NCBI GenBank assembly: GCA_035373905.1
Contig: DAOSOK010000004.1
Location: 33,271-97,270 of the forward strand
Reading direction: 5' to 3'
DNA length: 64,000 bases
Source of the DNA: Candidatus Ozemobacteraceae bacterium
GTDB taxonomy: Bacteria; Muiribacteriota; Ozemobacteria; Ozemobacterales; Ozemobacteraceae
The notes under the pieces were generated by a model. That model was not told where the DNA came from and ran no database searches. It saw only the letters and a program-made list of their open reading frames with translations. This document shows, in pieces, positions 46,308 through 55,430 of the stretch. Position 1 is the stretch's first letter. Every line of letters starts with the position of its first letter. A program made the position numbers and the translations under genes.

Positions 46308-49187
46308 TCAGTCCACCTTCCAGGTCGACCATTTCGGCGACAGAACGAGGTGATACCGGCGCGGGTCGAACTTGCCGGTTTTCGGATGGAGGCTGCCGAG
46401 AGAGGCACGGACGCGCGAGGCGATGTAGTCGATCATCACGTGGCCTTGCATGCGCATCTTGTCGACGCGGTTCGTCACCCAGTTCCCCTGGATGTTCAGC
46501 GACGTGCTCGGGGAGACGTAGAGGCCGACGTTGGTGTACAGGGAGCCTTCGAACGTCAGATTTCCGGGCTTGGTGGCGATCAGGCCGCCGTTGCGCACGA
46601 TCAGGCTGAACACCGTTCGCTTGTCGGGGTTTTCTGCTGCGGCCGCGTCGTCGATGCACGCGACGTTGCAGCCGAGATAGGCGTTGCCGGAGCAGACGAT
46701 CATGCCCTTCCCGACGACGTTGAAGGTGTCTCCCTCGGCCGGGGCGAAGGGCTTTTCATCCGAGCCGAGCGAGCCTGCGATGAAGTTGACGCCGTTCAGC
46801 ATGAACGCCTTGCCCTTGGGGGTGTCGACCATGCGGTTGGGCAGGTCCTTCAGGAACGCTTCGTAGGTGGGGTAATAGTAGGTTGCCTTCTTCGCGAACT
46901 GCTCGATCGCGTAGAAATTGGCGGGACAGTTGATCATCTTGGCCGGGTCATACGCCGTCAGAGCCGTGTCGGCGGCGTTCGTCTCGACGTCGAACGGCTT
47001 GAGGAACCACAAATTATAGTCATATTTATTGATGACTTCGTCGCAGAACCATACAGGGATCGGAACCGGCGGGACGAAACACCACGGCGGCGGGAACGGC
47101 AGCAGCGGGAGCCGGTCGGCCTGCGACAGGCCGATGATCGTGACATGCCACTGGCGGTAGCGCTTCGCCACCATGCCTTCGATGTCGCGGGACAGCGTCG
47201 GATACTGGCTGTTCGTGCCGAAGAAGTGGGTCTTGTTCTGGCCCCATCCCAGTGTCGGAAGGGTATAGATGCTGTTGCGCGTGCCCATCCAGGGGAGCTC
47301 GAAATCGATGAACGCATCGTCCTCCATCATGGGGTCGCCGAACGAGATCGTGGCGTTCGGGAGGGACTTGCCGAGCCCCCGGAGGGCGAGGGATATGCCA
47401 AAATGAATGATGGTGCTGCTGACCTTTGATATGTCGGGAATGAAGTTGATCCCGTCCGGCTTGTCTTTGTCGGGAGATTCCGCCGGCGGTTCGGGGGCCC
47501 ACCATTTGCCTGCGTTCACCCGCTTGATGCTGGAACGCCATTTTTCGCGGTTCTCCTTGTATACCGGATCCTTGTTGAGGAATTTCGCTTTCCCGGAGAT
47601 ATCCGATGAAAAGGCGAAGCCGCGGTTCAGCTTCTCGAATTTCAGGCTCTTGATGCTCGGAATACCGTATTTTTCGGCGTCGAGCTTTTTCGATTTCGTG
47701 TAGAAGGTCAAATCGACGTTATAGTCCGCCTTGGACACGACCATGTCCTTGTCCCGGCCGAGCATCATCAGGCCGTCGATGCCGCCGGAGAGATTCAAAA
47801 AGGTGTTCCCGACCGCGTTCTGGGCGAACTGCGGCCCCTTCCAGTCGCCCATCATGGAGCAGTTGACCAGCAGGGGCGTGCCGGGCTCCTCGTCGCTCTT
47901 GTAATCGTCGGGCATGTAGTTGATGCGGATCTGGCCGCCGACTTCCTTGTTCTTCTCGCGGGTTTCCTTGTCCTGGATCCGGCCGCCGCTGTTGTTGACG
48001 TAGAAGCTGCCGCCGTAGTCGTTGAAATTCATCTTGTCGTTGCTGAGGTTCGCCGCGAAGAAGCTGTACAAGGGCGCCATCGGCTGGATATCGGATACTT
48101 TGAATTCCTTCGTCGCCTCGATGCGGCGTTCCGAGAAGGTGCCGTCCTTGAAATTGATGCGAGCGACCGACAGCAGCTTGATTTCGCCGTATTTCTCGAC
48201 GTGATACTCGAACCCGGTCGGGATCTCGCCTATTCCAGCGGGCCAGAGATCCGCGATCTTGGGAAAGAAGTTCTCGTCATACAGCCACTTGAAGGGGTAG
48301 ATGTTCGGCTTGCCGAACGCCTGGGCGATCATGCGCGCGATCACGTCGAGCGTGAAATAATCATTGACGCCGAGGCCGTCGGGGCGGTTGCAGTTCGACG
48401 CGAACTCGCTGCCCTTGGTGAGGGGCTTGACCGCGAGGTCGATCACCGGCGTCGGGTCGATCGTCGCGAGCGTGATCTCCTTGTTGATCAGGGGGATCCA
48501 CACCTTGATGGGAATGGCGAAGTTGAACAGCTTCAGCCAGTCAGGAAAATACAGCAGGAATGCCATTCTGCCCTTGTTTTCGAGGAAGTCGAGGATGTCC
48601 TGACGCGTCGAAAACTCGATATCTATACCAGGAACTTTATATTCTCCCTCGGCGGGCTTCTTCGGGGCGATGCGGAACGCTTTGTCGATCTCGACGGTGA
48701 CCGTGACCTCGAAGTCCTTCGCCCTGCCGTCGCCCATGTAGTCGACGAGCTTGTCCATCGTGTCTTCTCCCTGCGGCTTGAGGCGCAGGTCGGCGGTCTT
48801 GAGCTCGATCTTGTTCTTGAACGGCGTGTTGTCGAACCCCTTCACATCGAGTAGTTCGTCGGTTCCGAGGTCTCCGCCGAAGGTGTAGGGATTGTTCGCG
48901 GCGGCCTTGAGCGGGTAGCGCAGCAGGATCGCGAAGTTCTGGATCTTCGCGTCGGACTTGAACATGTCGGGATTGTTCATCGACTTGCTGAGCATGTGGA
49001 CGGCGCGGTTGAGCCCGGCCTCCGCGAGACAGGCTGCCTGGTCTCCCGTGACGGAGCGGCGCGTCTGCCTGCCCCGTTCGACGGTCGAGTTCGCCAGATG
49101 CATCGACACGAGGAAAATCAGCGACAGGAAGACGATGACGACGGAAAGGATATTCCCTTGCCGAGCGAATGCTTGCCTGTTTCGCAT
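46308..49187 (-). CDS. very large (~960 aa) N-terminally membrane-anchored secreted protein, encoded in a pseudopilin cluster
   Basis: Start at the ATG at 49187 (MRNRQAFARQGNILSVVIVFLSLIFLVSM). No enzymatic motifs recognised; Trp/Tyr/Asn-rich. Position and N-terminus resemble GspK/PilX-type large minor-pilin-like proteins. Confidence 0.45.
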   Translation of the reverse strand: MRNRQAFARQGNILSVVIVFLSLIFLVSMHLANSTVERGRQTRRSVTGDQAACLAEAGLNRAVHMLSKSMNNPDMFKSDAKIQNFAILLRYPLKAAANNPYTFGGDLGTDELLDVKGFDNTPFKNKIELKTADLRLKPQGEDTMDKLVDYMGDGRAKDFEVTVTVEIDKAFRIAPKKPAEGEYKVPGIDIEFSTRQDILDFLENKGRMAFLLYFPDWLKLFNFAIPIKVWIPLINKEITLATIDPTPVIDLAVKPLTKGSEFASNCNRPDGLGVNDYFTLDVIARMIAQAFGKPNIYPFKWLYDENFFPKIADLWPAGIGEIPTGFEYHVEKYGEIKLLSVARINFKDGTFSERRIEATKEFKVSDIQPMAPLYSFFAANLSNDKMNFNDYGGSFYVNNSGGRIQDKETREKNKEVGGQIRINYMPDDYKSDEEPGTPLLVNCSMMGDWKGPQFAQNAVGNTFLNLSGGIDGLMMLGRDKDMVVSKADYNVDLTFYTKSKKLDAEKYGIPSIKSLKFEKLNRGFAFSSDISGKAKFLNKDPVYKENREKWRSSIKRVNAGKWWAPEPPAESPDKDKPDGINFIPDISKVSSTIIHFGISLALRGLGKSLPNATISFGDPMMEDDAFIDFELPWMGTRNSIYTLPTLGWGQNKTHFFGTNSQYPTLSRDIEGMVAKRYRQWHVTIIGLSQADRLPLLPFPPPWCFVPPVPIPVWFCDEVINKYDYNLWFLKPFDVETNAADTALTAYDPAKMINCPANFYAIEQFAKKATYYYPTYEAFLKDLPNRMVDTPKGKAFMLNGVNFIAGSLGSDEKPFAPAEGDTFNVVGKGMIVCSGNAYLGCNVACIDDAAAAENPDKRTVFSLIVRNGGLIATKPGNLTFEGSLYTNVGLYVSPSTSLNIQGNWVTNRVDKMRMQGHVMIDYIASRVRASLGSLHPKTGKFDPRRYHLVLSPKWSTWKVD

Positions 49188-49228
49188 ATGCGTTTCTCCC
49201 TGTTTCGCCTTGGAGCGTGATGTCGCCA

Positions 49229-50044
49229 TCAGCCGCCCGGATTTTTCGGATAGATGGATTCGCTGTCCGGAAGGTCGGTCGGGTGGAGCTTGCGGGCCTC
49301 TTCGATCGCCTTCATGAATGTCGTCACGTCGACGTTTGTTCCCATTGCGAGATTGCCTTTGACCAGTTCCTCGCGCAGGCGGCCCGGGTCGACCTTCGCG
49401 AGCTGGGCGAACATCTCCGACGCCCTGGCGATATTGTCGGCCACCGGCCCGTAGACGTGCTTGAGCTTCTGCGCCGCGAGGGCGTAGTTTTTGAACGCCT
49501 TCACGAACTCGTCGATATTGCCGGCGCGCTTGTAAACCTCCATCAGACCGCCGTAGGCCTCGACTTCGAGAAACGCATTGTCACGCGCCTGGGAAACGGC
49601 ATTCTTGTAGAATACCTCGGCCGCCTTGAGATCGCCTCGGTCGAGGCAGGCGTTGCCTTCGATCATGTCGGGGTTGTCGGCGACCTCCGACATGCTGACG
49701 CCTTCAGGGGACATGCCCTGCGGATACGCTTGACTGCGCGGGGCGGACTGGATTTTTTCCCAGGCCTTGTCGAGTTCTTTTTCGACATGGCTCTGCCCGC
49801 TTTCGATCTGGGCCATGACCCCTCCGCCACCGGCCGACGAGCCGCCGCCCGAGCCCGAAGGCCGGGTTTGCAGGATGTCGAAGGCCGATGCGCGACTCTC
49901 GAGCGTGTGCGACGAGAACGACTGCTCTTCCGTCGATTTCTCGATGGTGACGAGGATATACACCACCGGAATGAGCAGAAGGAGACAACCGGCGAGAAAC
50001 CAGCGGATGTCGCTCAAATCGATTCTGTCGTAATACCTGCTCAT
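49229..50044 (-). CDS. membrane-anchored helical (TPR-like) protein
   Basis: N-terminal TM (IRWFLAGCLLLLIPVVYILVTI), a Gly/Ser-rich linker, and helical TPR-like repeats (GDLKAAEVFYKNAVSQARDNAFLEVEAYGGLMEVYKRAGNIDEFVKAFKNY). First gene of the minus-strand operon. Confidence 0.45.
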   Translation of the reverse strand: MSRYYDRIDLSDIRWFLAGCLLLLIPVVYILVTIEKSTEEQSFSSHTLESRASAFDILQTRPSGSGGGSSAGGGGVMAQIESGQSHVEKELDKAWEKIQSAPRSQAYPQGMSPEGVSMSEVADNPDMIEGNACLDRGDLKAAEVFYKNAVSQARDNAFLEVEAYGGLMEVYKRAGNIDEFVKAFKNYALAAQKLKHVYGPVADNIARASEMFAQLAKVDPGRLREELVKGNLAMGTNVDVTTFMKAIEEARKLHPTDLPDSESIYPKNPGG

Positions 50045-50139
50045 CGTTTGATCCCTTTTTCACTATTATACTCGGTGTACCTGAGGAGTGGGCAGATTCA
50101 GATTTCAAGCCGGTTGCGCCGATAGAGAAGAGAAGACAT

Positions 50140-51321
50140 GTGAAGTCGCATCGGAGAGTAAACGGAACACCCCACGCCCGGTGGGCGGCAATCGCGCTGC
50201 TCATCGGTATTTTGGCATGCGGTACATCCCTCTTCGGGCTTCCTGTGCCGATGCAACTGGCGCCCCCCTGCTCGCTCGAACGAACCGAGCGGAACGTCAC
50301 CACCCCGTTCGGACCCTGGCGCGAACGGTCGGAACAACGAATTACCTACGGCCATTTCACGCCGTATCTCTCGAGCGAATTCCAGTTCCGGCACGCGATC
50401 TTCAAGCATGAGTGGGGCACCAGGACAGGCCGCGACTTCCTCACGCAGGCGTCGTTTTCCGGCAGAAACATGAACTCCCCCATGAGCTTCAAGGTGGGGC
50501 GCATCTGGAGCGGTAACGCCCTGTTCCGGCCGGTCGACGGCGGCTCCTGGACGTATCCGTGGGGCAGGCGGCTGAGTACGACCCTCGAAGCCGGCCGGCT
50601 CGCGACGCACGATCTCAAGGACGACACGAACAAGCCGGGATATTTCGAAGGCCGCCTCAACTACCGGTTCAACGAGCAGACGACGTTCGCGATCCTCTCG
50701 GAACAGGAATGGCACGACCGGTATAGCGCCGCGCAGCTGGGATACGTGATCGACGCGCTCCGGCTGATCGGGGAATACCGCTCGAGCGGAGCGACCGACA
50801 CGTGGCGCATGGGCATGCAGTATTACGACGGGAAGTGCGTCGATCTGACCGCCGATTACCGGCTCAACTACAACGATGCCACCAACTCGGGGGTCGGCCG
50901 TGCGACCGCCGGGTTCGAATCGGGCCAGATGTATTTCGAAAGCTCGGTTGGAGGTCGATTCTTCTTCGAGAAGGAGAAAATTCCGGACAGCACGTTTTAC
51001 GAGGGGAACGTCACCTGGGGAAACACGCGACTCGGCGAAAGCACCGCGGGGCTTGGTTACACGGTCGAGTCGGGGGTGGCTTCGGTGAGCCGCACGATTT
51101 CCGGCACGGTCGAGCGCGTCGTCACGAAACGCACCCGGATCGGCCTGACGCTCGCCGAAACCCGTTTCGATCAGGGCAAAACGAACGTGCAGAACATGGA
51201 AAGCCGGCTCCATCGGCGCGTCGACTGGGGATTTTACGAACTCAGGTTCGCGCTGATTTCCGGCGGCGCTGACTCGGATCTCGAAAAGGACATCGCTCTC
51301 AGAGCCGGCTACGAATTCTGA
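50140..51321 (+). CDS. putative outer-membrane beta-barrel protein
   Basis: GTG start and signal peptide; alternating Tyr/Gly-rich amphipathic strands; C-terminus ...LRAGYEF ends in aromatic-x-Phe, as is typical for OMP targeting. Confidence 0.5.
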   Translation: MKSHRRVNGTPHARWAAIALLIGILACGTSLFGLPVPMQLAPPCSLERTERNVTTPFGPWRERSEQRITYGHFTPYLSSEFQFRHAIFKHEWGTRTGRDFLTQASFSGRNMNSPMSFKVGRIWSGNALFRPVDGGSWTYPWGRRLSTTLEAGRLATHDLKDDTNKPGYFEGRLNYRFNEQTTFAILSEQEWHDRYSAAQLGYVIDALRLIGEYRSSGATDTWRMGMQYYDGKCVDLTADYRLNYNDATNSGVGRATAGFESGQMYFESSVGGRFFFEKEKIPDSTFYEGNVTWGNTRLGESTAGLGYTVESGVASVSRTISGTVERVVTKRTRIGLTLAETRFDQGKTNVQNMESRLHRRVDWGFYELRFALISGGADSDLEKDIALRAGYEF

Positions 51322-51411
51322 TTCGCACGATGTGCCCTGATCTGACAAGTTCCTGTGCGCATTTCCAGCTTCCCGTCCCTGACGTATCTGCATCCTGACA
51401 CGATGAAAGGT

Positions 51412-51465
51412 ACCCGTTCGCCCTGAGATTGGCGAGAGGCAAGTGTTTCGACAGACTCCGAACGG
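51412..51465. repeat. degenerate copy of the hairpin-forming palindromic repeat family
   Basis: cccgttcgccctgagattggcgagaggcaagtgtttcgacagactccgaacggg; the arms are related to CCGTTCGCCCTGAGCCTGTCGAAG / CTTCGACAGGCTCAGCACGAACGG. Confidence 0.5.
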
Positions 51466-51635
51466 GCGGCAACGCGGAGCTGGCTTTTGCAATGCAGAAA
51501 TCAAATGAATATCGAACCTCCGCAGTTTCGTTCTGGCCTCGGAATGCTCGTTGATTCCTGTTGCCGGGGCATCTTCGTTCGCGTAGACTTGGATGCATAC
51601 CGTTTTGACCAGCGATTCCCGCCAGGAGGTCCCCC

Positions 51636-54600
51636 TTGCTTTTCGAGAAGATCCTGAGGATTGAACAACTGCCGTTCGATGCCGGCCGCATTGCCGTTTC
51701 CTGCGATGTCGGCGAGGGCCGTTGGGTCGACATGACCTACGGGGAGCTCGTCGAGATCGTGGGCGAGGTGGGCCGCATTCTCGGCGAGAGCGGCGTCAGA
51801 AAGGGCGAGCGCATTCTCCTCGTCGGCGAGAATCACTACAAGTGGCTGCCGGTGTTCCTCGGCATCACGGGATACGGCGCCGTCGCCGTGCCGGTCGACG
51901 GGATGCTCGCGGACAAGCGCCTGCTCGGCATCATCGAGAACTGCAACCCCCGGGTCATCATCACGTCGAAAAAGTTCCAGGACAAGACGGCCGCCCTGGT
52001 CGATCAGCTCGGTGCAACATGTGGTGTCGTCAATTTCCACTTCGACCTGGTGCGGGTTCATGGCGAAAAGGAAACGGCACGCCTCGCTCCGGCGACGATC
52101 GAGCCTGAAGACACCGCCGCGATCATCTACACGTCGGGAACAACCGGCCGTCCGAAGGGAACGATCCTGAGCCATCGTGCTCTCGTCGCGGCCGCAGCGA
52201 TGGGTCTGTCTCTCGGAAATTATCGGCAGACCGACGTGATGCTGGCTCTTCTTCCGTTCACGCACGTGTACGGCCTCGTGAACACCGGCCTCTGCCCGCT
52301 GATGGTCGGGTCGAAGATCGTCATGACGGCTTCCTACAATCCGATCGAGATCCTGCAGGCGATCGTGCGGTTCCGCGTCAGTTTCCTGCTCGTCGTTCCG
52401 CGTCTCGCTGAAATCTTCGTGATGGCGCTCCGGCAGATGGCCCAGCCCATGCCGATCCCGAGCATGACGATGATCATCGGCGGCGCCTCGGTCGCGCCGA
52501 AGGTCATCGAAGCGCTCCGGGCGTGCGGCGTCAGGGCGTTCCAGGGCTACGGCATGACCGAGACGTCGGGCGGCATCGTCGCGTCGATGGATGGTCCGGT
52601 CAGTTCCGTCGGAAGGGCGCCCGAGGGCGTCGAGTTCAAGCTCGAGAATGCGAAGAACGGCGTCGGCGAGCTGCTGGTTTCCTCGCCGACCCTGTGCAGC
52701 GGCATCTTCGGCAGCGCCGAGGACACGAACGCGCTGTTTTCGGGAGCGTTTCTGCGGACCGGCGACCTGTGTGAGATAGATAGCGATGGCTATATATACG
52801 TGCGCGGCAGGGAAAAGGACGTCATCATCCCGCCCGGCGGCGTGAACGTCTACCCCGACGAACTCGAAATGCGGCTCGGGGCGCTGCCCTTCGCCGAGGA
52901 ATACGCCGCGCTGGGCTTTTCCGAAAACGGAAGCGAGTATCCGGCGCTGGTCGTCAAGCCGTCGAAGGCGATCCTGCAGACGAAACCGCCGGCTGAAGCC
53001 GCCGCCTTCATCGAAGAGGAGATCCGACGCATCACCGCCGACTGGCCGGAATGGGAGCGGTTCCGCAGGATTCACGTCGTTTCCGCGCCGCTGCCCCGCT
53101 CCGCGAGCCAGAAGGTGCAGCGGAACCGGCTTCTCGAAACCCTGGGGGGCGGCGCGGCTCCTGCCGCAGCGGAGCAGCCTCGGAAGAAGGCGCCCGTTTC
53201 GTGCGGCGTCGAAGCTGACCGGCAGTTCGAGATTTTCCGGAAAATCACGGGTCGGTTTCTCAACGTCGCACCCGAGGCCATCACACGCGGGAAGCGGTTT
53301 GCGGAGTTCCTGCAGCTCGATTCGCTCGGCATGGTGGCGCTCGTTTCGCAACTCTGCGAAGAGTTCCGGATCCCGATGCGCGAGCTCCAGATCGAGACGG
53401 TGCAGGATTTCGGCGGACTGTTCGACCTGCTGATCGCCGGCGGCGGCGTCGCGGCCGGAGAAGCGGTGTTCGACGAGGCCGAGCTCGAAGGACGTCTGCC
53501 GCCGCTTCTCGATTACAGCCCCGACGCCGTGAAGGCGCGCCAGCGGTTCCTGCAGAAGCGCACGGGGGCGAACGTGAAGTGCATTCCGCGCCCCGAGGAC
53601 GCGCGCTTCCTGAGCGGTAACGTCGAGGGCTTCATCGGCTTCGGCGAGATTCCGCTGGGGCTGATCGGCCCCCTCAAAGTGGCGGGCGATCACGCCCGCG
53701 GCGATTTCTACATCCCGCTGGCGACGACCGAGGGCGCGCTCGTCTCGTCCGTCGCGCGCGGGGCGCAGGTCATCACCCTCTCGGGCGGCGCGCGCGTCAA
53801 GGTCATCGCCGACAGCCTCGTCCGGGCGCCGATCTTCGTCTTCGAGACGCTGTTCGACATGATGTCCTTCAACCAGTGGATCGAGAACCATTACGACGAT
53901 CTGAAGGCCGCGGCCGAGTCGACCACGCGGCACGGCCGGCTGGAAGCGATCGAGCCGTTCCCGATGGGGTCGACCCTCTGCCTTCGGTTCGTGTATTCGA
54001 CGGGCGACGCGTCGGGCCAGAACATGACCACGATCGCGACCCACGCGGCCATCAAATGGATCGCCGCCCATTACCGGGGGCCGATGACCGACTGGTTCCT
54101 CGAGTCGAATCTGTCGGGCGACAAGAAGATCAACGGCGTCAACTTCACGCGCAATCGCGGGAAGCGCGTGATCGCCGAGGCCGAGATTCCCCTGGCGATC
54201 GTCGAGAAGCATCTCCATACCTCGGCCGATCGCATGGTGCGGCTGGGCCAGCTCTCGATGATGACCTCGCTGCACGCCCACGCGTTCGGCTCCCAGGCGC
54301 ACTACGCGAACATCCTGGCCGCTATGTTCATCGCGGCCGGCCAGGACCCCGCCTGCGTGGCCGAGTCGGCGACAGGCGTCACGAGCCTCGAACTGCGCCG
54401 CGACCGGCTTGCCGTCTCGGTCACGCTGCCGGGCCTGATGGTCGGCACCGTCGGCGGCGGCACGCGGCTTCCGACCCAGCAGGCCTGCCTGCAGATCCTC
54501 GAATGCGACGGCCCGCGCCGCGCGCGCAAGCTCGCCGAGATCGTGGCGGCCGCGGTGCTGGCCGGCGAGATCTCGCTGATCGCGGCGATGGCCGCCGACG

Positions 54601-54650
54601 AGTTCGCCGGCGCCCATGCCCGGTACGGGCGGAGCGGCGGCCATGGCTGA
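51636..54650 (+). CDS. tri-domain fusion protein: acyl-AMP ligase (adenylation) domain + phosphopantetheine carrier (ACP/PCP) domain + class-I HMG-CoA-reductase-like reductase domain
   Basis: TTG start with an AGGAGG RBS. A domain: IIYTSGTTGRPKG, GYGMTETSG, TGDL..D.DGY..RGR.KD. Carrier domain: FLQLDSLGMVAL (Ser attachment motif). C-terminal 370 aa align motif-by-motif with the HMGR catalytic domain: EGFIGFGEIPLGLIGPL~ENVIGYMPIPVGVAGPL, LATTEGALVSS~MATTEGCLVAS, TGDASGQNM~SGDAMGMNM, GDKKING~TDKKPAA, AGQDPA~CGQDAA, GTVGGGTRLPTQQACLQIL~GTVGGGTNLLPQQACLQML. Catalytic Glu/Lys/Asp and the C-terminal His are present. Confidence 0.8.
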   Translation: MLFEKILRIEQLPFDAGRIAVSCDVGEGRWVDMTYGELVEIVGEVGRILGESGVRKGERILLVGENHYKWLPVFLGITGYGAVAVPVDGMLADKRLLGIIENCNPRVIITSKKFQDKTAALVDQLGATCGVVNFHFDLVRVHGEKETARLAPATIEPEDTAAIIYTSGTTGRPKGTILSHRALVAAAAMGLSLGNYRQTDVMLALLPFTHVYGLVNTGLCPLMVGSKIVMTASYNPIEILQAIVRFRVSFLLVVPRLAEIFVMALRQMAQPMPIPSMTMIIGGASVAPKVIEALRACGVRAFQGYGMTETSGGIVASMDGPVSSVGRAPEGVEFKLENAKNGVGELLVSSPTLCSGIFGSAEDTNALFSGAFLRTGDLCEIDSDGYIYVRGREKDVIIPPGGVNVYPDELEMRLGALPFAEEYAALGFSENGSEYPALVVKPSKAILQTKPPAEAAAFIEEEIRRITADWPEWERFRRIHVVSAPLPRSASQKVQRNRLLETLGGGAAPAAAEQPRKKAPVSCGVEADRQFEIFRKITGRFLNVAPEAITRGKRFAEFLQLDSLGMVALVSQLCEEFRIPMRELQIETVQDFGGLFDLLIAGGGVAAGEAVFDEAELEGRLPPLLDYSPDAVKARQRFLQKRTGANVKCIPRPEDARFLSGNVEGFIGFGEIPLGLIGPLKVAGDHARGDFYIPLATTEGALVSSVARGAQVITLSGGARVKVIADSLVRAPIFVFETLFDMMSFNQWIENHYDDLKAAAESTTRHGRLEAIEPFPMGSTLCLRFVYSTGDASGQNMTTIATHAAIKWIAAHYRGPMTDWFLESNLSGDKKINGVNFTRNRGKRVIAEAEIPLAIVEKHLHTSADRMVRLGQLSMMTSLHAHAFGSQAHYANILAAMFIAAGQDPACVAESATGVTSLELRRDRLAVSVTLPGLMVGTVGGGTRLPTQQACLQILECDGPRRARKLAEIVAAAVLAGEISLIAAMAADEFAGAHARYGRSGGHG

Positions 54651-55413
54651 GCCCATGCGGGTGGTGTTCGTCACCTCGGATGTCACCTACGTCCGGGACA
54701 ACTACCATTCCCTCGTCCGGCGCGTCTGCGACAGGAACGCTCTGCCCGAAGGCGTCGAGCCGGTCGGCCTGGTGCTGCTGCACGTCAGCAGGGCCGTGCT
54801 CCTGAAGAACATCCTCGGGCTGCCGCTCGTCGGGGCGCCGCAGTTCGCCTTCACGCTCGCCCGCAACCTGATGCGGGCCTCCCTGCGGGACCCCCGCCCC
54901 GAGGCCGCCGAACGGGCGGGCGTTCCCGTTTTCCGGTGCGACAGCGTGAACCGGCCCGAAGCGGTGGAGTGGCTTCGCGGTCGCCGGCCAGACCTGATCG
55001 TGAACATGCGTACTAGAAATATATATAAAGATATCGTTCTTGGCCTGCCGACGATCGGGTGCATAAATATACATCACGGTATACTTCCCGAAAACCGCGG
55101 GACGATGTGCGATCTGTGGGCCTGGGCCGAGGGACGCCCCGTCGGCTTCACCATCCACTGGATGAACGCGAAAATCGACGACGGCGACATCCTCGTCCGG
55201 CGCGAGGTCGATGTGAAGGGGTTGCGCTGCTACCTCGACATTCCCCAGGCCTCGAGCCGGGTCGAGGCGCAGGCGCTGCTCGACGTGCTCGGCAGGATCC
55301 GGCGCGAAGGACGGTGGGTCGGCATACCCAACCGCACCGACGCCGTCGATTACAGGCGGAATCCAACGCCGGCGCAGATCGGCATGCTTCGACGGAAGGG
55401 ATTGAGCCTCTGA
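54643..55413 (+). CDS. stand-alone formyltransferase-fold protein (Fmt/PurN N-domain-like), without a tRNA-binding C-terminal domain
   Basis: Catalytic-loop motif GCINIHHGILPENRG (~INxHxSLLPxxRG) and downstream DDGDI (~DTGDI); the ATG overlaps the upstream gene end. Confidence 0.65.
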   Translation: MAEPMRVVFVTSDVTYVRDNYHSLVRRVCDRNALPEGVEPVGLVLLHVSRAVLLKNILGLPLVGAPQFAFTLARNLMRASLRDPRPEAAERAGVPVFRCDSVNRPEAVEWLRGRRPDLIVNMRTRNIYKDIVLGLPTIGCINIHHGILPENRGTMCDLWAWAEGRPVGFTIHWMNAKIDDGDILVRREVDVKGLRCYLDIPQASSRVEAQALLDVLGRIRREGRWVGIPNRTDAVDYRRNPTPAQIGMLRRKGLSL

Positions 55414-55430
55414 CGGAAGGGGAGGGCAAC

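Noticed and set aside
51501-54686. 1061-aa minus-strand ORF covering the A-T-HMGR gene
   Set aside because: The plus-strand frame carries unmistakable AMP-binding, carrier and HMGR motifs; the minus frame is an Arg/Gly-rich shadow.
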